From: Akkermansia muciniphila
Lineage (GTDB): Bacteria; Verrucomicrobiota; Verrucomicrobiia; Limisphaerales; UBA9464
Length of the DNA stretch: 64,000 nt
Reading direction: 5' to 3'
NCBI GenBank assembly: GCA_945883815.1
Contig: CAMCYJ010000002.1
Coordinates: forward strand, 11,684-75,683
Shown: positions 39,801-47,988 of the stretch, piece by piece
How the letters are laid out: each line of letters opens with the position of its first letter
How positions within the stretch are numbered: position 1 is the stretch's first letter
Position numbers and translations under genes: made by a program
Notes under the pieces: generated by a model
The model's database searches: none
What the model was told of the DNA's origin: nothing
What the model saw: only the letters and a program-made list of their open reading frames with translations

Positions 39801-40441
39801 GCCAGCGACTCCACCGGATCGTCGGACTGGGCCGAGCGGGCCACCCGAGGGAATCCCGGTTTCTGAAGGTCGTAGATATCAATCCCGCCACCCCGTGCCA
39901 CAGCCAACTGATGCCCCGCAGCGTCGAGCGCCAGAGCGGCTACCGGGCGGAAGGAGGAATTCGCCGACTCCAAAGTCACATCTCGAGGAGCGGGCTCATC
40001 GGCCAGCAGACTCGCGTCCCAGGGGAGCCCACGGCGAATCCAATCCCGGAGGGTCTTGATTTGGCCCGGCGTCAATTGCTTGCGGGGCGGCATGTGCGGT
40101 TCGGCTCCCAGAAGGACCGACGTCAGCAGTCGACTCTCCTTGGGCCGCCCATCGAAAACCACCGGCCCCTCCTCGCTGCCCTTGAGCACCTGCTCCCGAG
40201 TCAGCAACGAAAGCCCTCCTTTTTGCTTGGTCTCGCCGTGGCACGAAAAGCACTCGTCGCGCAGCAGCGTCAGCGCACTGCGCGCCAGCGGGTCGCCAGG
40301 GCCTGCGGAATGAGGGGCCGCGGCCGACAGCAGCACCGAGGCCCAAAGGGCCCCGAACCAGAACCCGAGTTGTCTTGGGATGCTGTGGATCACGGGAAAT
40401 AGGAGAAGCTGAGATTGAAACCTCTCTTCCGCCAAAGGCAA
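36869..40441 (-). CDS. PSCyt + WD40-repeat + Ig-like + DUF1549/DUF1553 (PSD1) protein, 1,190 aa
   Basis: [16 protein letters not shown] (PSCyt). WD40 blades: [31 protein letters not shown] and [31 protein letters not shown]. A second C..GGCH motif ([12 protein letters not shown]). A Big_2-like segment. DUF1549/1553 blocks: [37 protein letters not shown]. Confidence 0.85.
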   Translation of the reverse strand: [1190 protein letters not shown]

Positions 40442-40493
40442 CCGTCATGCCACCAAAAAAAAGGCATCCACCCAGCCTGTTCCCCCAGCTTAC

Positions 40494-43400
40494 TCATCGG
40501 GCGGACGGGCTGGCCAAGACCTCGCGCTGCCCCGCCGTCACCGGCACCGTGGCCGATGCACCTCCGGGCCAACGAATCTCCACCGCATCCACCTTCTGGT
40601 CTCCGACGCCCAAGACCAGCACTGGATCATCGCAGGACCCGTCGCCAGAACCCAGATGGATCTCCCGCCACGGCCCGAAGCCCGAAGCTGATTTCCATCG
40701 AACCCGGGCGCCGACAGCCGTGGGATTGCCGCCTACCCCGGAAAGGCGAACCCGCAGCCCCGGACGCGCCGACACATTGCGCCAGAGGGTCGTCTCGGCG
40801 CCATTCTGGCCCACCGCCAAGTCCACCCGGCCGTCCGCATCGTAATCGCAAACCGCAGCCCCCCGGCCATCACCCTGGACGCGGACTCCTGAGTTTTCTT
40901 CCGGGACAAACCCACCCCGACCATCGCCCCGCAACCACAATCCCTGCCCCGCGTCGTAGCGCTCGGCAAAGGGATGGGCTGTGGACAAATTCTGCGAAAG
41001 GAACAGGTCGTCGTGCCCATCCCCATCGAAGTCCGCCACGCAAAGGGAGCTCACCGGGGCCCGCTGGGCGGCCGCCGGCAAGGGCTTCACCACAAAGCGC
41101 TCCCCCCGGTTGAGCAGCAGCACCGAGTCGAGGGTATCCACCGAGACCGATCGGGCCGCCGGCAACGCATCGCCCAAAAGCATCGGCAAGGTGGCCTTGG
41201 AAAACGTGGCCAAAGAATCCACCCGCTCCCGTACCCCCGGGAAAAGGGCCGCCCACAATCCCATCTCACGTTCCGGGCGGTCGGCCTTGAGCGCCGGATC
41301 AAACCAGCTCTCGGCCAAGTCCAAACCCTGGCCGGAACCGAAGTCGCCATACCACAATCGCCGAGGAACTGCCGCCGACGCGCTCCAGCGGGTGTTGCGG
41401 CCCCAGTTGCCTAGGGCAAGATCCATCCGTCCGTCTTCGTCGAAGTCGCCAGCCACCACGGCATTCCACAATCCGGAGAGCGAGCCGGACGCGACGTCCA
41501 GGGTCGGAGTCCATTCGGTCAGCCGACCCGAGTCGTTCCGGTAGAATCGAGGCGTGGCCCATTCGCGGGCCAGCACCAGGTCGGGCCGGCCGTCGCCATC
41601 GAGGTCGGTGAAACAGGCGGCCGTCACCAGGCCGAGATTGTCCCAACGAGCCACCGGTGTCAGGCGCCCCCCTTGATTGCGCAACAACAACGAGGGGGCT
41701 GCCTCCGGATAACGACCGGCCACGGATCTCCCACTGACAAACACCTCCAGAGATCCATCCCCGTCCACATCGGCCGCGGCCAGAGGACCGACGGCAAAGG
41801 CTGTGCCGACGAGCATTTCCCCGCTGCGTCCGCCGGCGGGATCATACATGCGCAAGGCTCCGCCATTGGTCAGACCGTCCTCGTAATTCGAGATCCCCGC
41901 CAGCAGCACTCCATTGATGGGAAGGATCGAGGTGATGTCCCGGCTCGTTGTTTTATGGAACGGCGGAGTCTCCTTCGCTTCGAATCCGCCCGTTCCATCC
42001 TGTATGCGGATGCTGAGTTTGCCGCCGCGTCCGGCACCGATGACCAAGTCCGGACGGCCATCCCCATTGAGGTCGGTCCAGCTCAGGCTGGGCCCGAGTT
42101 GAGACAACCGATGCGGCATGGCTGGCTGGCGACCGAAATCATCGAAGGGTTCGTCCTCATGACGGTGGGCCAGCCTTGCGGTCTGGTCTTCAAACCACCG
42201 AACGGAAGGCTTCGTTAACGGGGCCGCCTCGGATCCAGGTGACTCCGCCTCCGCCACCTCGACCGCAGAACCGACTGGAACATCCCGCCACTCCGAAATT
42301 TGCCCCGAGGGCCACCGAACGCGGAGCCCGACGGAAGCAGCAGACCCTGTGGCAAAGGAACGCGCCGGCTCATCCCCGCTCAGGTAGCGCCCACCGGCGA
42401 TGATCTCCTGGGTTTGATCCGGCAAGCCCGCGGCACGAACGGTCACCGCAGCCCCGATGCCCCGGGTATTGGGCGCCTTGCCTTGAAGGCGGATGAGGAT
42501 CCGCGGAGCGCTCGCGTTGTTCCGATAAAACGCCGGCGCTTCCATGAGGTCGTTCATCACGACGTCCAAATCACCGTCCCCGTCGAGATCCCCAATGGCC
42601 GCGCCCTGCGAAATGGAATCGGTGGCGAAGCCCCAGGCCTGAGAGACGTCCTCGAAGGTGGCATCACCACGATTACGAAAGGCCACGTTCGGAGTGGCGA
42701 GCCTCGGGAAGGATTTGACCATCGCGGCGATGTCGACCGATGTCTTGAGAGCACCACGCCGCTGGGCCTCGGCAATGCGCCTCGCACCGTCGCCATCCTG
42801 GAAATCGCGCCACTGTCCATTGGGGACGAGCAGGTCCTCGAACCCATCCAAGTCGATGTCCAGGATCACCGGACCCCAGGACCATTCACTGGCCTCGACA
42901 CCTGACTGCCAGGCGACATCTGCCCAGGTGCCATCCCCGCGGTTGAGTTGCAGGACATTGCGTTGAACCTGGGCCCGATCAGCAAATCGGCCAGGCAGGC
43001 GCATCACCGGGGACATGCCCGCCGTCTGGGTGTGCCGCCACGCCCGATTGCGACTGAACATGTCCACGGCGAAGAAATCGACATGCCCATTGCGATCGAG
43101 ATCACCGAAGTCGATGCCCATGGAAAACGTGGGATTACTCCTCAAGGCCATCACCGGCAGTTCGCGAAAACGCAGGCGATGATCCGGTCCCGTCTCGTTG
43201 ATCCAGATACGGTCCGGGGTGTGCAAGTCGTTGCAGACATACAAATCCGGTTTCCCGTCGCCCGTCATATCTTGGAAGCGGGCAGCCAAGCCCCAGTCCC
43301 GCGGAGGGGCCAACAAGGCTTTGCCGGCCGAGTCCAGAAAGGTGCCGTCGGTCCACGAGGCCCGCACAAAACGACCCCGCCCCTCATTGAAGAACATCGA

Positions 43401-44207
43401 GTCGACTTCACCCATTTCGACCACCTCACCGCCTGAATGGATTTCGAATCGGTTCGTGAGGTCCGGTGCGGTGGCCGGCCGTCCATTGACAGCCACGACC
43501 ACCGTTCCCGCATCGGTCTGTCGGAGTTGGTACCGGGTGTTCGGTTGATCAAGGACAGTGGTCGGGCGGAAGTGCGCCACGTAGAGGTCGAGGTCACCAT
43601 CGCCATCCACGTCGGCCAAGGCCATCGAAGTCGCCCCACTGCGGGAACGTAACCCGGCCGCATCAGTGGTCTCCTGAAAACGACCCGAACCCTCATTGAG
43701 CCAAAGGCGGGTGCCGCCGCCCAACTGATTGACCAACAAGTCGGAGTCTCCGTCCCCATCCACATCGGCAAAGGCCGCTCCGGTCGAATCGTTGGATCCT
43801 GAAGATGGGTTGAGCCAATTCACACCCGGCAAAGCTTGGGCCGTCACATTGGTGAAGCGCCAATTCCCCAAGTTGCGGTACAGGGCATTGGTTGAATCCA
43901 ACCCGCAGAAGAAGACATCGAGACGTCCATCGCCATCCACATCGGCCAGCGCCACTCCCGAACCGGAGACAAGATTGCGGTTGGTGACCGCCCGTTCCTC
44001 GGAGAGTCGATTGGTGAAATCAATCCCCAGATCCAGAGCCGACAATCGGGTCAGACCGGGTGCGGACGGAGACACCGAGGGCAGGGTCTGGATCCGAAGA
44101 CCCGTCTGGGCCGCTCGCAATCCCATCATCCAAACCCAGGACAAGACCAACACAGCGAACAACCTCTGGAGGTTCGCTGAAATCATCGAGCGATGCGGAT
44201 TCATCAT
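40494..44207 (-). CDS. FG-GAP/VCBS repeat + ASPIC/UnbV protein (CRTAC1 family), double-module, 1,237 aa
   Basis: ADVDGDGRLDVF, ADVDGDGDSDLL, ADVDGDGDLDLY, GDLDGDGDLDVV and similar loops. UnbV-like modules RGIGAAVTVRAAGLPDQTQEIIAGGRYLSGDE and AVGARVRWKSASGFGPWREIHLGSGDG. ATGA overlap with the upstream paralogue. Confidence 0.85.
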   Translation of the reverse strand: MMNPHRSMISANLQRLFAVLVLSWVWMMGLRAAQTGLRIQTLPSVSPSAPGLTRLSALDLGIDFTNRLSEERAVTNRNLVSGSGVALADVDGDGRLDVFFCGLDSTNALYRNLGNWRFTNVTAQALPGVNWLNPSSGSNDSTGAAFADVDGDGDSDLLVNQLGGGTRLWLNEGSGRFQETTDAAGLRSRSGATSMALADVDGDGDLDLYVAHFRPTTVLDQPNTRYQLRQTDAGTVVVAVNGRPATAPDLTNRFEIHSGGEVVEMGEVDSMFFNEGRGRFVRASWTDGTFLDSAGKALLAPPRDWGLAARFQDMTGDGKPDLYVCNDLHTPDRIWINETGPDHRLRFRELPVMALRSNPTFSMGIDFGDLDRNGHVDFFAVDMFSRNRAWRHTQTAGMSPVMRLPGRFADRAQVQRNVLQLNRGDGTWADVAWQSGVEASEWSWGPVILDIDLDGFEDLLVPNGQWRDFQDGDGARRIAEAQRRGALKTSVDIAAMVKSFPRLATPNVAFRNRGDATFEDVSQAWGFATDSISQGAAIGDLDGDGDLDVVMNDLMEAPAFYRNNASAPRILIRLQGKAPNTRGIGAAVTVRAAGLPDQTQEIIAGGRYLSGDEPARSFATGSAASVGLRVRWPSGQISEWRDVPVGSAVEVAEAESPGSEAAPLTKPSVRWFEDQTARLAHRHEDEPFDDFGRQPAMPHRLSQLGPSLSWTDLNGDGRPDLVIGAGRGGKLSIRIQDGTGGFEAKETPPFHKTTSRDITSILPINGVLLAGISNYEDGLTNGGALRMYDPAGGRSGEMLVGTAFAVGPLAAADVDGDGSLEVFVSGRSVAGRYPEAAPSLLLRNQGGRLTPVARWDNLGLVTAACFTDLDGDGRPDLVLAREWATPRFYRNDSGRLTEWTPTLDVASGSLSGLWNAVVAGDFDEDGRMDLALGNWGRNTRWSASAAVPRRLWYGDFGSGQGLDLAESWFDPALKADRPEREMGLWAALFPGVRERVDSLATFSKATLPMLLGDALPAARSVSVDTLDSVLLLNRGERFVVKPLPAAAQRAPVSSLCVADFDGDGHDDLFLSQNLSTAHPFAERYDAGQGLWLRGDGRGGFVPEENSGVRVQGDGRGAAVCDYDADGRVDLAVGQNGAETTLWRNVSARPGLRVRLSGVGGNPTAVGARVRWKSASGFGPWREIHLGSGDGSCDDPVLVLGVGDQKVDAVEIRWPGGASATVPVTAGQREVLASPSAR

Positions 44208-47200
44208 GGCGTCAACGTGATCTCAGCAACCCCGGCCGCGACCGGCACGCGTCGCACAACGCCACCCGGCCAGCGCACCTCGACCTCACCCGCCGCCCGA
44301 TCCGACGCGAGGATCGTCACCGGGCTGTCCACGCTGCAGTAGCCTCCGCCCATACGAATTTCACGACGGGCCCCCGCCTTGCCGCCGGCCCACCACCGGA
44401 GGGAGGCGCCGATCCCGGTCGGATTCCCGGGAGGCCCCTTGAGCCGAACCCGAAGACCCGGGCGCGCGGCGCGGTTGCGAAAGAGCAGCGTCGGTCCGCT
44501 GTTCTGACTCAAAGCCACATCGGTGCGCCCATCGGCATCCAAGTCCGCCAAGGCCACACCGCGTTGCTCACCCCAGGCCACGATGCCCGAGTGCTCGTCG
44601 GCCCGGAAGTCACCGCGACCCGTTCCTCTCAGGAGCAATCCCCGCCCCGCGTCATAGCGGGCGTCATCCGAATGCACACCGAAGTGGTTTTGCGATAAGA
44701 ACAAGTCCTCGGTTCCGTCGCCGTCGAGATCAGACACCGCCAACCCATAGGCCGGTGCCAACTGGGCCCGCGGCGGCAACGGTCGCCATTCCAAATGGTC
44801 TCCCCGATTCAGGAACACTCCCGAATCCAAATTGAGCGCTGACACGCTGGGCAATGGGCCCAGAAGCGGACCCAAGAGATCCTCCATGGAAGACTTACCG
44901 AAGGTCCCCGCATCCGGGAAACGCTTCGCCACATCCGGGATGAAGGCCGCCAGTGCGGGCCGTTTGCGGACAGGCCAATCCCGCCCATCAGGCCTCACAT
45001 AGCTCTCCAGAAGATCCCAGATGCCATCGTCGAGGAGGTCCCCGGAACGGATGCGCAACGGTCGCCGGCGGGCATCGGCTCCCAGGAAGTGGTTCCGCCC
45101 CCAGTTCCCCGCGGCCAAGTCCATGCGTCCGTCGCCATCGAAATCACCCGCCGTGATGCCCAACCACAGGCCCGTCCACTGGGAGAGGCGCTCAACACCG
45201 GCCGGCAATCCGGTGCCACGCAGTGGCGGATCCCAAGCCTCCAGAGCGCCCCCTCGATTGCGGAACAAGCGAACCGCCCCCCAGGCCGTGCTCACCGCCA
45301 AATCAGGCCGCGCATCGTCATCCAGATCGGTGAAAACCACGCCGTTGACCAGACCCAGTTTTTCAAAAGTCGTCTGGATCCCCAAACGCCCACTCCGGTT
45401 CTTCAACAAAAACGACGTCGCCGGCTCCGGATAACGCCCCGGGACTTCCCGAACCCCGACGAAGATTTCCAACTCTCCATCCCCGTCCACATCGGCCGCC
45501 GCCATGGAACCCACCGGGCAGGCGCGACCGCTGAGGATTTCACCGCTCACTCCGGACGCCAGGTCCACGATCCGGATCGCACCGCCATTGGTGAGCCCGT
45601 CCTCACCATTGCTGATGCCGGTCAGGATTACCCCGCGCAACACCATCACGGTGGTCTGATCCCGAGGGGCGGGCTTGAGCAACGCTGGATTGGAAAAGGC
45701 CAAGAAGCTTCCATGGGAGTCGTTGGTGAACACCCCAAGCGTTCCACCCTGACCGGCGGAGATGAGGAGGTCATCCCACCCATCTCCGTTGAGGTCCGCC
45801 CAAGTGACGCCCGGTCCGGTCTGGCTGAGGTCGAAGGGCTTCAACGGTTGCCGTCCAAATTCATCAAATGGGGTATCGGTATGGACATGCGCCAAGCGGT
45901 CCGAAATCGACTCGAACAGCGGCGTTACCGGCGGTGGCGCAATGGCAGCAACCGTCTCCTGCTCTGCAATCTCCACAACACCGGGGCCAACACCGGTGCG
46001 TCGGGTCACCCGTCCATTGCGCCAAGTCACCTCGATGTCCGCCGTTGTCGCCGTGCCCAACGCAAAGCACCGCATCGCGTCATCCCCCGACAAGTAGCGA
46101 CCGCCAGACATCATCTCCTGGGACTGCACCGGGAGTCCTTGGGCCATCACCCGGATCTTGGCCCCGATACCCCGGGAATTCCCGGCAACTCCTCGCAATC
46201 GAACAGCCACCCTCGGTGCCGTGGTCCGATTGCGGTAGAGCTTCGGCAACTCATTCAAGGCGTTGAGCACAAGGTCAAGATCCCCATCGCCATCCAGATC
46301 GGCCGCGGCCATGCCTTGCTCGACCCCCGGCGCATCGAAGCCCCAGGCTTGAGTCACCTCTTCGAAGGTCAAATCCCCGCGATTGCGGAAGGCGGCATTG
46401 GGCGTATCGAGCCGGGCGAACATCCGACGCATGTCCAGCAGTTCGCGTTGCCCCATCCCGCGGTTGGATTTCTGAACAGCGGCACGCGCGGCCACATCGA
46501 CGTCCAGCATGTCCATTTCGTGGCCGTTGGAAACCAGCAGATCCTCGAATCCATCCAGGTCCACATCCAGAAAAACAGGCGTCCACGACCATTCACTGGC
46601 ACTGACACCGGCCAAACGGCCGATCTCGGCGAAGGTTCCATCCCCACGCCCGAGAAACAGGGTGTTGTGTGAGAACTGAGGACGGTCGTCCCACATCCCC
46701 GGTTGGTAGAAACCCGGCGGGATTCCATCGGTCTGGATGTTCCGTCTCCGATGCTCACGACTGAGCATGTCCAGCACCACAAAGTCATCCACGCCGTCGC
46801 GATCGATGTCAGCAGCGTCCACCCCCATCGAGAAAGCGCTGGTGTGTCGCAAGGCCAATTGGGGCGCTGCCCGAAATCGTAAGGGGCCACCGGGAGCCGT
46901 TTCATTGACCCAGAATCGGTCTTCCGACTGAAAGTCATTGCAGACGTACAAGTCCGGCCGCCCATCGCCGGTGAGATCCCGAAACAGAACGCTCAATCCC
47001 CAATCTTGCGGTGCCGAGTCGAGCGGACGACCCGCGGTGTTCAGGAAAGCCCCACGCGTCCAAGGCACCTCTGTGAAAACCCCTTTGCCATCATTGAGGT
47101 ATAAGGCATCCACCTCGCCGTTTTCGCGAGGGCCCATCGGAGTCATGGTGAACCTCCCCACCAAATCGGGCTCCTCAGTGGAACGACCATTGTAAGCCAC

Positions 47201-47845
47201 GATCCGCTGGCGCCCATTTTCCTCGCGCAGTGAATACTTGGCCTTGGGATCATCACGCACCGTCACCGTGCGGTAGTTGGCGACATATAAATCCAAATCC
47301 CCGTCCGCATCCACGTCGGCCAATGAAAGACTCGATCCGGCTCGGTTCGGATTAAGGACAACACCCGGTGTGAAATGCCCTTTACCATCGTTGTGATAAA
47401 TCCGGGTTCCTTGAGCTAGTGTGTTGAGCAAGAGATCCAGATCCCCATCCCCATCAATATCCGCCAGGACGACACCTGTTCCATCGAGCGATGACAGGGT
47501 GGTTTTTCCAAAGGCCGCTTCCGTGATAGGGGTGAACTTCATCTGCCCCAGATTGCGAAACAATACACTCCCACCCGAATAAGCCGCCATAAAGAGATCA
47601 GGGCGACCATCTCCGTCCACATCACCCAAGGCCACACCGGAGCCATTGAGCGGAATTTGGTTGGTCAGATAACGCGAAGGCGGGACCGAATTGGTGAACA
47701 CCAGTCCAGTCAGGTCGGCTTTGAGCAAATCGAAGCCCACCGAGGCATCCCCCAGAACGACCCGGTTGGTCAGAAAACCAATCAGCAGCAGCAAGATACA
47801 ATGGAACCTGCGGGGTGACACGTCGCAATCATTGCGGCTTCCCAT
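44204..47845 (-). CDS. FG-GAP/VCBS repeat + ASPIC/UnbV protein (CRTAC1 family), double-module, 1,213 aa
   Basis: GDVDGDGRPDLF, ADIDGDGDLDLL, ADVDADGDLDLY, ADLDGDGDLDLV and similar loops. UnbV-like modules RGIGAKIRVMAQGLPVQSQEMMSGGRYLSGDD and TGIGASLRWWAGGKAGARREIRMGGGY. Confidence 0.85.
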   Translation of the reverse strand: MGSRNDCDVSPRRFHCILLLLIGFLTNRVVLGDASVGFDLLKADLTGLVFTNSVPPSRYLTNQIPLNGSGVALGDVDGDGRPDLFMAAYSGGSVLFRNLGQMKFTPITEAAFGKTTLSSLDGTGVVLADIDGDGDLDLLLNTLAQGTRIYHNDGKGHFTPGVVLNPNRAGSSLSLADVDADGDLDLYVANYRTVTVRDDPKAKYSLREENGRQRIVAYNGRSTEEPDLVGRFTMTPMGPRENGEVDALYLNDGKGVFTEVPWTRGAFLNTAGRPLDSAPQDWGLSVLFRDLTGDGRPDLYVCNDFQSEDRFWVNETAPGGPLRFRAAPQLALRHTSAFSMGVDAADIDRDGVDDFVVLDMLSREHRRRNIQTDGIPPGFYQPGMWDDRPQFSHNTLFLGRGDGTFAEIGRLAGVSASEWSWTPVFLDVDLDGFEDLLVSNGHEMDMLDVDVAARAAVQKSNRGMGQRELLDMRRMFARLDTPNAAFRNRGDLTFEEVTQAWGFDAPGVEQGMAAADLDGDGDLDLVLNALNELPKLYRNRTTAPRVAVRLRGVAGNSRGIGAKIRVMAQGLPVQSQEMMSGGRYLSGDDAMRCFALGTATTADIEVTWRNGRVTRRTGVGPGVVEIAEQETVAAIAPPPVTPLFESISDRLAHVHTDTPFDEFGRQPLKPFDLSQTGPGVTWADLNGDGWDDLLISAGQGGTLGVFTNDSHGSFLAFSNPALLKPAPRDQTTVMVLRGVILTGISNGEDGLTNGGAIRIVDLASGVSGEILSGRACPVGSMAAADVDGDGELEIFVGVREVPGRYPEPATSFLLKNRSGRLGIQTTFEKLGLVNGVVFTDLDDDARPDLAVSTAWGAVRLFRNRGGALEAWDPPLRGTGLPAGVERLSQWTGLWLGITAGDFDGDGRMDLAAGNWGRNHFLGADARRRPLRIRSGDLLDDGIWDLLESYVRPDGRDWPVRKRPALAAFIPDVAKRFPDAGTFGKSSMEDLLGPLLGPLPSVSALNLDSGVFLNRGDHLEWRPLPPRAQLAPAYGLAVSDLDGDGTEDLFLSQNHFGVHSDDARYDAGRGLLLRGTGRGDFRADEHSGIVAWGEQRGVALADLDADGRTDVALSQNSGPTLLFRNRAARPGLRVRLKGPPGNPTGIGASLRWWAGGKAGARREIRMGGGYCSVDSPVTILASDRAAGEVEVRWPGGVVRRVPVAAGVAEITLTP

Positions 47846-47988
47846 CCGGGTTTCCAGCCGAGAACTCCAGCCGACAACTCAGGGCCTGCCCGTGGCGAAC
47901 CACAAGTCTAGCGACAAGTGCATGAAACCCGCCGGTCACCCAAACAAGCCCCGGAACCCGATCCCTGCTCCACCGGCAGGAACCCAAG

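Noticed and set aside
36668-40402. 775-aa and 446-aa plus-strand ORFs (36668..38995, 39062..40402); also 23271..24581, 27370..28728, 26397..27161 and related
   Set aside because: All are antisense to the PSD1/DUF1501 genes and lack motifs. The sense-strand genes carry CxxCH, DUF1549/1553 and DUF1501 signature blocks.
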